Shown piece after piece: positions 51,449 to 61,681 of a stretch of DNA of 61,681 nucleotides (positions are counted from its first letter, which is position 1; every line of letters begins with the position of its first letter). The notes beneath the pieces were generated by a model. It worked only from the letters and a program-made list of their open reading frames with translations, was not told where the DNA came from and made no database searches. Source of the DNA: Basidiobolus meristosporus CBS 931.73 (lineage: Eukaryota; Fungi; Basidiobolomycota); NCBI GenBank assembly GCA_002104905.1, contig MCFE01000531.1:1-61681 (forward strand), in the 5' to 3' direction. Made by a program: the position numbers and the translations under genes.

Positions 51449-52792
51449 TTAGTTGGTCTTTCTCTCGGCGGCTTTCTTGAGTGAATTGTTTTGGCGTTTG
51501 ATCTGTCGGTCCCAGGTCTTCTTCCACTTCCGGAAGAGAAGCATGGTTGCTTGGGCATCCGTCACGGAAGAGTGACTTCCGCCCTGGATCTCCAGATTGA
51601 AGATCTCCTTTGCCAACCGCTTTAGCCCTGGTGTGTGTCCATCAACTATGGCTCGGTAATGATGGTACAACGAAGTATCTCTAATCAACTCCGCTGGGTG
51701 CTCAAGCTGAAGGGCATCCAGATCGTGGTGAATGCTATGTCCGACGATGACGCGATTGTTGATCAGTTCGGCCACTTCCTTTTGGACCTTGGCAAAGGGA
51801 GGCGCTGTCAAACAGGTTTAGAGAGCAGAACTCTGATTGATATTCAAACATCAAGATACACTACCGCTACGAACGTGGTTTGGCTTGATACCGCTCACAA
51901 AGGTACGGTAGTCGGTTACTCTTTCCGTAGGCTTGACAAACTTGTCCATCAGAACGCGTCCGTAGAAATTCACTATGCTGACACGTGCCAGGACGGAACG
52001 CGTGCCTTTAGGCCCCACGCCGACCATTTCGCAATCGATTGCGAGGAATCGGCCGATTCTATTCGAGAAGCTGTTAGAAACTTTGTTGTCGAATGCCGCG
52101 GTTCAAGGAGCCATTTACTTGTTTTTGTTTTCCTCGTCCTCGTTAGGATCGTCTAAAAGTCGAAGTAAGCGCTGCTCAGAGGTTTCACCTGGAATCTCCG
52201 TTAAGTCTGGAAGCGTGTCCAGCGTTTTCTTCTTCTTGGGGGTTGGTTTGGTTCTAGAAGAGCACGCCGCGTTAGACAAACGAAATGGAAATCCAAACAA
52301 GTTACTGGGTCAGTTCACATACTCGGTGGTCTCTATGGTAGTTTCTATTTCGGTGACCGAGGTCTCTGTGGTGGTGGTGGCTGTCTCCGTTACTACAGCT
52401 TGTGCGGCGTCCTCTGCTTTCACTTCGGCTTTCTGCTCGTCACTCTTCAACTCCAGAGTGACCTCTACATCAACAGTTTGTTTCTCCGTGACAGTGGTAG
52501 TCTCCTGAGGAACAGCATGTTTGGCCTTTTCCTTTTTAGCCTTCTTTTCCTTCTTACGTACGGAGCCATCAGCGTCGGAGTCGGACTCGTGTTTGCGTTT
52601 ACTTTTCTTCTTTTTTTCCTTCTTCTCGTCCACACAGTCGGTTGATTTCGTTTTCTTGTGTTTCTTCTCCTTCTTGAGCTGGGCGTTCTCAACCTCAACC
52701 TCAACCTCAGCCTCGGACTCCTTCTGCTTTTTCACCTTCTTTTCCTTTTTCTTCTCCACCCGGGTCTCGGTCAAGCTGTGCGCTGAGGACAT
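51449..52792 (-). CDS. REX4: RNA exonuclease 4 (DEDDh) with Lys-rich N-terminus (multi-exon)
   Basis: [57 protein letters not shown]. ORFs 52310-52792 and 52115-52300 are joined by GT-AG introns. Confidence 0.88.
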
Positions 52793-52988
52793 GGTTTAGA
52801 AGCGTGTGTAAAGGGGGAGAGGACGGAGAGAATCGGTACCAGTGTCAGCACACACAAGATCGGTCCATTAAAGAAAATTGCCCAAAAAAAAGAAAAAAAG
52901 TAGTAAAATTGAGGAGATTAAACAACTTTATTACAGTGGTGGAAAGCTGCCATCGAAAACCGATGAAATCCGAAATCGACGGTCGATC

Positions 52989-55227
52989 TCACATCTGAAT
53001 GTATATCAAATGATAATAATATTGCGCGTAAATGGTCAACAAACTACTTACCAGAACCAGCCCAAACCAGGTTAGCTGGTTCCTGTACTCGGGAAAGGCG
53101 TTCCACCATTTGAACAACTTGGCCAGAAACAAAAGACTCAGGACTTGGGTGATGATGGGCAAAATGAAGTAATTCCGGATTCCGCTGGGCAGCCTGGGGT
53201 GAGTGATAACACTCTTCCAAGGTACGGTTCGTGATATGTTGTAGAGCACCCCAAGGAAAATGAGCTGGAGTATTGATATGATCCCTGCGTAATGAGGTAT
53301 GCGCTTGAAGTCGGGATCTTCCGGCGAGAGCTCATCGTCGTCGTCCTGCTGCGCGTGGACCAGCTCCGTGCTCTGGGAGTCTTTCTCTGCACTCTTCTGA
53401 GCGGTTTGTTCCGCCGGTACCTCTTGGACTCCGGAGTTGCGGAGGAATGAATAGGAATAGTAGCCGGCTTCGATGATGAAGCATAGGGCGGATAATATAT
53501 ACACATAGGTTTGGAAACGGACTGTCTCATAGAAGCTCAACCGCTTGAAAGAGATCGGCACATCAAATACCCCAGTATGCATTAAATAACCATTGAGGGT
53601 TTCCTCGAAGTATACGTATCGCTTGCTCTTCAGCTCTGGCGATGGGTTGATAATCTTGAACATGTTTCTTCCGATTTCTCTCAACTGGATGGTGCTGGTG
53701 CCAAAGTAGATGCTTAGGTCCTTCGAAAGGCTTAGCGTTAGGTCATGCTCATGACCTGCTTTGATGGTTGCCTCTAGGAAGACTGAGATCACTTTCTCGT
53801 AGTTCCCTTTAGGCACACGTACAGGCCTGTAAGCGCCTTCGTAGTCCTCGCTTCTACTCTTCCAGGGCTCGGAGTTTATGAAGAACTCGGCGTCGTAATC
53901 GTCCAACGAACTCAGCTCTCCAATCCCGTAGAAATGTGCCAAGAGTCTCTCGATGTATCCCCTACGTATGGCAAGGCTATTGGAATTATGCCACAAGAAG
54001 ATACCCAAGTTTTCTTCCGGAAACAAGGCAATCTGGCTCGTTTGGCCGAACATATCTCCCACATGAGAGATCATACGAACACCATTTTCATATTTTGTTT
54101 CGAAGTATCCATAACAGACTCCATCTAACAATGCGTGAGAAGTACGCTGTTGAGAGAGCATCTTTTCTACATTCTGCTCTTGCAAGGCTCTTTTTCCTTC
54201 CTTGCTAACCCCTCCATTTAGTTGGGACACCATGAATCGGCCCATGTCAGCTGCGGTAGTGAACAAGCCTCCAGTAGGGAGTAGGGCCATATAGAGCTCT
54301 TCTGACGGGCTGAAACTGACACCACCCTCAGCATTTTGCTCATAACCGGTTGCGAAGTGGCTGCCAGATGAGATCAATCGCTCGACAAGCTCGTCCGTTC
54401 GATTGTAGCCGGTGAATGTGCTGGATTTCATCGCCAAGGGGGAGAGTACGTTGTCCTTCATGTATTCCGGAAATGGAGTGCCAGTTAGACGGCTGACCAT
54501 ATACCCCAAAGCCGCCATATTGTAGTAGGAGTAGCTGGATAGAACATCCACATCTCGCACACGTTCCGGGAACTTGGCGAATCGTGATCTAACATCTACA
54601 TCGATCTTTACAGCATGCGCGCGTGAGTATTGGTTTTCCTCAAGTTCATTGGCGGATAGTGCACTTACCTCTTCGGCTCTGCCAAAAGTCCCGGAGAACT
54701 TCTCGTCCAAACCTGAGGTGTGGGTCAGTAGGTGTTCTATGGTCACGTTTGTGAAGAAATCCATGTCCGCAATCCGGAATCCTTTTCTGTCCGTTGGCTC
54801 TCTTAGATAGTTGTTCGCAGTGTCGTTGAGGTTCTCGATGATGCCGGCCTCCAACAATTGGAGAACTGCCGTCGTGGTGAATAGCTCGGAAACGAGGCCG
54901 GCCTGTAGGAGGGTTTTTTCGGGATCAGCCTGAATTCCACTGGACAGGTCAGAGAATCCGTATCCGGCAGAGTAGATAACCTCGTCGCCTTTGACCACGC
55001 TCAAGACGGCACCTGCTTTCCATGTTAGCTATGGGAGTACGACGACACCGAAACTGAAACCCGCCCTAGGCTTTACCTGGTATTTTACCGTCCAAAATCA
55101 CCTTGTGGAAATAGTCATCAGAGAAGGATTTTATTTCTTCCGTCGTGATCTCCCTGAGAGGAGCGACTTTGGTTGCGTGTAAAGCGGCTATGCCGCAAAG
55201 AGATATCAGTATGGGTGGCAGTAACAT
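52989..55227 (-). CDS. Secretory-pathway beta-lactamase/PBP-fold protein with ~4 C-terminal TM helices and no catalytic SxxK (~724 aa)
   Basis: Exon 1 (55227-55077) encodes signal peptide MLLPPILISLCGIAALHA. Intron 55076-55013 restores KIPGAVLSVVKG. Fold motifs LLTHTSG, GGLFTTAADM.RF and HVG are present. SxxK position reads LVSE and YxN reads YSY. Confidence 0.88.
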
Positions 55228-55506
55228 TTTCCAACTCGACGCGTCGCTCCAAGCAGTACGCTTTTAAAGCAGCCAGCCAACAAGTGACCATTACACCGAC
55301 CAATCAAGACTCGGACAGGGATTCCATTGGTCTTCAAGCTTGTGCCGAATTAGGGAATCCCAGAATCCTAGGATAGTCGAGGAAATTCCCGTATTTTAAG
55401 CCTCAGAAAAATCTCCACCAAATCTCCAGGGATTGGATCGTGTGCCACCGACAAGGCTATATTTCTTGGCTCGAGCAATTGTACTGGCTGGCGAATCACT
55501 TGGACC

Positions 55507-55556
55507 TGCTAGCCACTACATCATATCAACATGCTAGCCACTATATCATATCAAAA
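55507..55556 (+). promoter_or_regulatory. 25-bp tandem duplication in the divergent promoter; motif CTAGCCACT recurs at 55796
   Basis: TGCTAGCCACTACATCATATCAACA and TGCTAGCCACTATATCATATCAAAA. A third CTAGCCACT (55796-55804) directly follows CTATATAA. Confidence 0.5.
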
Positions 55557-55826
55557 TGCATGCTTGAGGCCGAGATCTGAATCGGTGTCATCGAGTTTGA
55601 CTGCTAATCGATGCCTCCTCGAACACGGGTGATTATCGAAGGTGCTGTTGTGCTGGTGACGATTGCTTAGTGAATAATAAATCGGTTGGGTCTGATCAGT
55701 GCCTATGTTGCAGAACTGGTCTAGCGTCAATCAGTCATTCCTGATTCATGAGCTGAAACACCCAGGAGTAGAGTTGTCCACTGCTCACTATATAACTAGC
55801 CACTGCAACGTGCACTTCATCACCAA

Positions 55827-57116
55827 ATGAACAGCCTAGCAGAAGCGATCCTCTATGCATTTCTGGCCTTATTTACGCTGCTGACCGTCTTCACCCTCCA
55901 CAGGTTCTGGGCTCAACGGCAGGTGGAGAGCATAAAGTACCGATCCCCGGGGTATTCGATGGTCGCTGCAGTCACCATCTGGTTCTTGGTTAGTGTATTC
56001 TTACTTCGGATGAATGTGGGTTGGCTCCCCTGTTTTGTGTCGCTCTGGGCCACCTCTCTAGGATACCATGTAATCTATCTCGTTACGACGATTCGCTCTA
56101 TTCGGCTGTGGTTCCATTACCGCATCAGCGAAGCGAAGTTCCGCCAAGCTCTGATGCATGCGAACAAGAATGACAAGTGTGCGGAGACCACTGGTGGAAG
56201 CTTCCAATCGATTCGCACGGAGACTCTGGTCTTGAGCGAGGATGGGTTTTATCGCAGACGCCACATATTGTCGAGTCGCTTCTTGACTGGGGTATTCGTC
56301 GTGGTGATACTCGTGCATGTGGCGGTGATGACAATGGTTCAGATCTTCAGTATTAGATATTCCTTCAAGTCGTCTGCCGCTGATGCTGACGGGGTATGCA
56401 TGATCGGATGGGAGTATGTCCCCCATTACGTGATCTCGTTCATGTACACTCTAGTCGTACTTCCGTTCCTCAGTTACCAAATGCGAGACGTGAATGACGC
56501 TTACGGGATCCGTCGGGAGATGTTTTCCATATGCATATTGACGAGCTTCTCCACCATGCTTCTGATTCTGTTTCTGTATCTAGTCAAGCTCCAGCTGCTG
56601 AGTGCAGTGGTGTCAGGTATAGTCTGTTCGGCTTTCCCGCTCGTAGTCATTTACGGCCTTACGGTGATCAGCCCCTTGTTGGATTCCTACAGCATCACCA
56701 TCTTCAGGTGGCCGTGGCTATTCAACTCGAAATCCAACCTGCCGTACACCAGGGAGGCCATGGAAATGTTGCTAAACGATCCGATCCTTTTCAATCAGTT
56801 CAAATTGTTCTCAGTCACCGACTTCACCCTGGAGTGCGTCCTATTCTACGAATGTTGTCACAACTCGCTGGTCACCGGGGATGAAGAGGTGCTCAAAGAG
56901 ATCTACCTGAACTTCGTCCATCCCGACGCCAAGTTCCAGATCAATCTTAGTGAGCAAACCAGGTCCGAACTGGACTCACTTGTGAGACAGAATCGATATG
57001 AACGAACGATGTATCTGAACGCCGAGAGAGACATCCAAGACCTCATGTACGTCAACACCTTCTCCAGATACGTGCAGCACAATCAGGATTCCAAACTGGC
57101 CTGGGAACAGGTATAA
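55827..57116 (+). CDS. 7TM receptor with C-terminal RGS domain (GprK-like class)
   Basis: About seven hydrophobic segments with IKYRSP, PCFVSLW and R.IRLWFHY, then RGS motifs LLNDP..F..F..DFTLECVLFYE..EIY..FV..A.FQINL...R. Intronless. Confidence 0.88.
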   Translation: MNSLAEAILYAFLALFTLLTVFTLHRFWAQRQVESIKYRSPGYSMVAAVTIWFLVSVFLLRMNVGWLPCFVSLWATSLGYHVIYLVTTIRSIRLWFHYRISEAKFRQALMHANKNDKCAETTGGSFQSIRTETLVLSEDGFYRRRHILSSRFLTGVFVVVILVHVAVMTMVQIFSIRYSFKSSAADADGVCMIGWEYVPHYVISFMYTLVVLPFLSYQMRDVNDAYGIRREMFSICILTSFSTMLLILFLYLVKLQLLSAVVSGIVCSAFPLVVIYGLTVISPLLDSYSITIFRWPWLFNSKSNLPYTREAMEMLLNDPILFNQFKLFSVTDFTLECVLFYECCHNSLVTGDEEVLKEIYLNFVHPDAKFQINLSEQTRSELDSLVRQNRYERTMYLNAERDIQDLMYVNTFSRYVQHNQDSKLAWEQV

Positions 57117-58052
57117 TGACCGTCGCATTCCATTTCATAGATCATTGTACAAACCATGCATACAATTGCATCAGATCAGGGATGGTGTATGGTGCGCCAG
57201 GTCCCATTCTGCTTACCAACCCGCTTACTAATAAAATACGCATCCACATGAGTCTTCGGTTCTAGATGGTTGGGTTAGACCCACATCAATAGTAATCCTT
57301 GATGATCGCCTCTTCATGCGTTACAGGCAACGATCCACAGTCCCGTGACGTTGGATTGGGTACGTAACCAAGAAACAAAGATGGTCCCTGTAACATTCCC
57401 ACAAACAGGCTAGTTGTGTTCAATCGGTGCGTTCTTGTCCCATGTATTGCCGATTTGGAATTCTAAGAGAGTATCAAGTTTTACTTTATGCATAGGGGGT
57501 GGTGTTGATGAGGGTAATGGTGAGCTTAAACCGTCAATATATTGACTGCTGTCATCGAACATGCATACGTACCAACAACAAATCCCCATATGTCCACATA
57601 GTATCATTCATATCATCCCGCTGTTTTACTCGATTGCCTGTCTTTAACCTGATTTTTTAGACTGTCACGCTCACCATGACACAACACACCCGCAACAATA
57701 TGGTTCATGACTGGCATTTGGATCGCAGGATCATAGTGGTGATGTAAGAGCTGGGTCGCTATGGAACAGCACTTGATGCAACAGGGAATCAATATCATCA
57801 ATGGATTGGGTGACCGAAGCTGGTGTTGTATGTTCCTTCGGCAAACATCAAAGGGTGCTGGAGATATTGGAGCCCCCCCTCCCAAATTTCGAGTACCAAC
57901 TTGGAAAAAATATGTGAATATCCGTATTCTCACACTGCCTACTTTGTTATGGATTTATTAGATGTTTCTTTGTCCCATCGGGGATTTGGAATGCCCATGA
58001 TTTCCCCAGCTCTTGGGCATGAAATCTCCGAATACAAGCAGTCAGTGGTTGA

Positions 58053-58988
58053 TTAGAGATTTTCTTTATAGAAGGCTTCCAGCTGTTGGACAGCTTCGGC
58101 AACCGGCTCTGATTTGTCGTACAGATCGTAGTGGCAGGCGCCCTTTACGATGTGTAGGTGCTTCTTCTTTGATGCCGCCCGGTTATATAATTCATGGCCA
58201 TCCTTGTACGAGCCAAAGGCCCCTGGGACCTCGCCAATGATGATTTCTAGTGGCTGGGTCAGCAGTTGATCCACCAGGTGGAACGCGTCGAAACCAATGA
58301 CGGAGCCCACACTGGTAAATCTCAGGAGGTTCGGTGAGCAAGGATGTTGTCCACGCGGGGTTGTATAGTAGTCCACGGCTTCTTTGATGTCGATGTCTGT
58401 GATACCGGCTTTCTCTCTCTCTTCCTGATTTTTCGGGATCCAGTTGGTGATCATTGGTTCGGTGCCCCGTGCCTCTGCAGTTCTCTGTTGGCTGACGGCC
58501 TCCAGTGCTTTGATGACACCGTCGGTATCGCCATTACTGTCGCGATAGGTCCGGCCAATGTTCACCCCAACGACCGTTCCAACTGCTTTGATACGACGCT
58601 CGGTCATGGCTGCGTTCACGGCATACCCTCCACCAGCACATACACCCAACACACCAATTCGATTCTCATCCACGTCCGGAAGGGTGGTGAGGTAATCAAC
58701 CGCGCACCGGACATCCTCTACACGTGCCGCTGGGTCTTCGATATACCGGGGGCTGCCTTCGCTCTCCCCTTGGTACAAGGCGTCGAATACCAAGGTGATG
58801 TAGCCAATCTCGGCCAGCTTCTCAGCATAGATGCCTGCAGTCTGGTTCTTGCAGCTGCTTCCCGGGTGGACGCACACAATCGCCGGGAGTTTGCCAGTCC
58901 GTTCGGGTTGGTTTGGGACATTCAGGATAGCAGCCACCTTGAGCCCTTTGTGGGGGAAAGTGACGTTCTGTTTATTTACGCTGGTCAT
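58053..58988 (-). CDS. Alpha/beta hydrolase, bacterial YcjY-like, Cys nucleophile
   Basis: HPGSSCKNQTAGIYAEKLA, YQGESEG.PRY.EDP..RVED, GVCAGGGY (nucleophile elbow), YYTTPRG, GACHYDLYD. Intronless. Confidence 0.9.
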   Translation of the reverse strand: MTSVNKQNVTFPHKGLKVAAILNVPNQPERTGKLPAIVCVHPGSSCKNQTAGIYAEKLAEIGYITLVFDALYQGESEGSPRYIEDPAARVEDVRCAVDYLTTLPDVDENRIGVLGVCAGGGYAVNAAMTERRIKAVGTVVGVNIGRTYRDSNGDTDGVIKALEAVSQQRTAEARGTEPMITNWIPKNQEEREKAGITDIDIKEAVDYYTTPRGQHPCSPNLLRFTSVGSVIGFDAFHLVDQLLTQPLEIIIGEVPGAFGSYKDGHELYNRAASKKKHLHIVKGACHYDLYDKSEPVAEAVQQLEAFYKENL

Positions 58989-60397
58989 TCTCTACTGGAT
59001 GGTTTAGGGAAAGCTGGGGTCGTGCTCCCTGGCACCTCCAGCTAACCAGATTATATAGAGTCCCGTCGCTGCGGATCGATCTCCTCGTGAGCGGTATTGT
59101 TCTAGAATCATTGTTCGCGGGAAATAAGGGATGAAGTGCCGCCGGGACATGACAGCAAATAAGCTCGGATTCTAGGGATTGAAAAATACCCAGTTCCCTG
59201 AGATAGGGCCATTTTTGGGGAGGGCGTTTGGTGAACCTCGATATGAATCATCCGTTTTCCTTATCGCGTTGGTAACAAGATCGGCCATTGCTTATCTCAT
59301 CCACTGGCCAATAGTGTTACGTGGCCACCGTAACCACCATGGCTCCCATCCATGCCAGGGGGAAACGTCCGCAATGATTCAATCGACCGCCTAGTAAGCG
59401 CTATGGAAAACAACACTATGCAATCATTGGTGGAAACCACCGTCGGGCCAGATAGGCTTCTCGACAGATTGGGATGAAGGCGGCGTTTCCACTTCCTCCG
59501 CATGCGAGGTAGTGCTCAGTAACTTCCCACTCATTTGAAATATCCTGACCATCCAATGGTTGCTACATTCATCGACGATCAAATTCCCACCTGAATTGAG
59601 GCCTCTCAGTGATGGGCTTGGTGGGAGAATAACGCGCACCTACACTGGTATATTAGCCCTGAGGGAGGTTCCCGACATCCACCATCATACCAGGGCCACT
59701 TAAAACTCGGCGACCCAAGCTTCAAGTATTCAATGGATCAGGGTTAGTGGCACTATTGGCGCACGATGTTTCCTGTCATGCAAAACTGTCATCGGTGCTT
59801 GTCAAATAAGGTGTAGCCGTGCAAATCCAAGTATTCTCAACCACCAGCATCATTGCCATTCAAAGGACGCCAATTTCCCAACCAGCGATCTGGGCAATGA
59901 TCAGGGTGATAAATTGGTTACCAAATTTAAGTGCCGGTTCTGCCTGTGATTTGATCTGTGATCAGTGATCCCAAAAACGGAAAATTTCATGGATGTCTAA
60001 TATACCATTCAGCAAAAATCCATGTTCCACAACAACCATCCCTGTAAATCACATAGGATCCAATTCAAATCCATACTGAGCAGGCTCTATATACACCGAA
60101 GCAATACCATTGACTTGATTCCACAGAAATTAGCCAACATCAACATTATTCCCTCCCAAATTAACAGTTTCGACGTTGCCATGTATACCATCACCAAATT
60201 CCACACAAAAGAGATCAGTATTACACTGTATGAACCTAGGGTATCTGTTGTTGCACACAGCTCTAAACAGCCATCCTAAAGATATTCTAGTAGTGCTTTC
60301 CATAATACTTTGCTAGCAAATCTTCTTGATGTTCTCTTCCCTGAAGCCCCACTATCCCTTCCTCACACACTAGCAGCTGAAGGCAACAGTACAATTT

Positions 60398-60722
60398 GTT
60401 GTAGTAGTTTTGGAGATTTTCGAAATGAATGGGAGGACAAGTAGATTATATGGCTTTCACTTAATGATTTATTGAATGTAAAAGTAGTATGTATACTTTT
60501 ATATGAGCTGGGCAAAATAAACACGTAGAGTATGCTCAGTAAGGTCTGAAGAGCATGTGGGCAAAGTGTGGGGCTGCTTGGACAACTTAACAAATCTCAT
60601 GTTTTGGGTACCAGATGTTTTGGTGAATGTATTCCAAGTAAGTCCCAACAAGGAATCTGGTCTGAGTTCTCTAAGATTTGTAGTTAGTAATATAAGTGAC
60701 TAAGCAAGGTGAATGCTTAGGC
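60398..60722 (+). repeat. Dispersed repeat copy E
   Basis: TTTCACTTAATGATTTATTGAATGTAAAAGTAG..GCATGTGGGCAAAGTGTGGGGCTG..CCCAACAAGGAATCTGG..GGTGAATGCTTAGG. Confidence 0.9.
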
Positions 60723-60960
60723 ACAAACTTTACAATAAGTGGCAGCTGAAAACAATAATATATTTTCACTGAGAGGTTGTCTCTATTGTGTACATTTCAA
60801 TGAACAGTACTCCAGCTATCTCCTCTATACATTTAGGTTACTCCTTAAATATGAATGCCCTATCTGAGCCCAGTAATGCAAGGCATGATGGTTATCCAAC
60901 TTTCCTAGTTCTGCACATTACTTTCTGCCCTTGCAAGATCTTCACAGTCAACTTGATCTG

Positions 60961-61281
60961 GAGAGTGTCTTGGAGACATTAGAAGTGAATGGGAGAACAA
61001 GTAAATATATGGCTTCACTTATTGATTGGTTCAATGTACATGTAGTATTTACACTCTTACAAGGTACAGGCAAAAACAAACAACTAGAGTATGTTTAGGA
61101 ATATCTCCAGAGCATGGATTGAGAGTTTGAGATTGTTGAAAGAACTTGGAGATAGATCATATCTGTGTACATGATGTGTTAGTGGAAATATTCCACAAAT
61201 ATTGCAGCAAGGGATCTGGGTGGAGTTCTCTGAGAGATATACTCCGTGATCTAAATTCCTATATTAGGTGAATGCTAAGGG
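60961..61281 (+). repeat. Dispersed repeat copy F (most diverged)
   Basis: GTCTTGGAGACATTAGAAGTGAATGGG..CTAGAGTATGTTTAGGA..GGTGAATGCTAAGG. Confidence 0.8.
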
Positions 61282-61454
61282 GTAGCTACAAAACTCAATA
61301 CTCCCATTCAACAAAATGTTAATAATACCAGGCCTGCAGACAAGAGGAAAATGTATTCAAGTCAGAAAGGTCAGCAATGGTAAAGCATCTTTCAACCTTG
61401 CTTCAACTTATTAGTGGGCTTCCCATACAAACTCTTCTCTTTCTTTTAGCTAAA

Positions 61455-61681
61455 ATGAAGTTCTCTTTCAGCAATCTCTCATTGGCTACTGTTGTTGGTG
61501 TTCTTTTCCTTGGAGCCACACTCTCCCTTCCCCATGGACAGGCAGCTGAAGGTACCAGTAAAGTTCTGAAGAGAGGCTACTCATACAATGACTATGATGA
61601 TTGCTGTGACCCCTGCTATGATCCATGTTATGATGATTGCTGGGATCCCTGCTGTGATCCTTGCTATGATCCTTGCTATGA
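61455..61681 (+). CDS. Secreted Cys/Asp-rich repeat peptide precursor, open at the window end
   Basis: Not in the ORF track because there is no stop. MKFSFSNLSLATVVGVLFLGATLSLPHGQAAEGTSKVLKR-GYSYNDY-DDCC-DPCY-DPCY-DDCW-DPCC-DPCY-DPCY. Confidence 0.75.
   Translation, partial: MKFSFSNLSLATVVGVLFLGATLSLPHGQAAEGTSKVLKRGYSYNDYDDCCDPCYDPCYDDCWDPCCDPCYDPCY

Noticed and set aside
59179-59950. Short ORFs between the hydrolase and the right CpG-free domain
   Set aside because: No motifs, no consistent frame and no splice pattern linking them.

Overview
Eukaryotic DNA from an intron-rich fungus: introns of about 50-70 nt with GT..CTAAC..AG signals, a Zn2Cys6 factor, Mis13 and a 7TM-RGS receptor. The gene content suggests an early-diverging lineage (inference only). 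The window has three zones. (1) Left accessory zone, 1 to ~16 kb: two CpG-eroded, repeat-rich domains (1-~3.5 kb and ~7.75-11.3 kb) hold a decayed LINE reverse transcriptase, telomere-like repeats and a dispersed ~320-bp repeat family. They are interleaved with small secreted Cys-rich or Ser/Thr-rich genes, a deletion-inactivated SDR and a spliced SRA-like/Cys-cluster/AlkB gene. (2) Dense housekeeping block, ~16-53 kb: RPL10A, GNPDA, RPC2, YIP1, a TFIIIC subunit, HUT1, MPP10, CLPTM1, WDR70, RPN13, Mis13, RPL5, eIF3d, MUTYH and REX4. (3) Right accessory zone, ~51-61.7 kb: bacterial-looking genes (a CAP protein, a membrane-anchored beta-lactamase/PBP-fold protein that has lost SxxK, a YcjY-like Cys hydrolase) around a 7TM-RGS receptor. 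It ends in a third CpG-free domain with more repeat copies and an open-ended secreted (D-x-C-x)n peptide gene. The best candidate for a new system is the head-to-head pair of the dead PBP-fold membrane protein and the 7TM-RGS receptor with the adjacent YcjY-like hydrolase, possibly a bacterial-cell-wall or beta-lactam sensing module. All family calls come from motif recognition by eye, not database searches, and exon boundaries were read manually.
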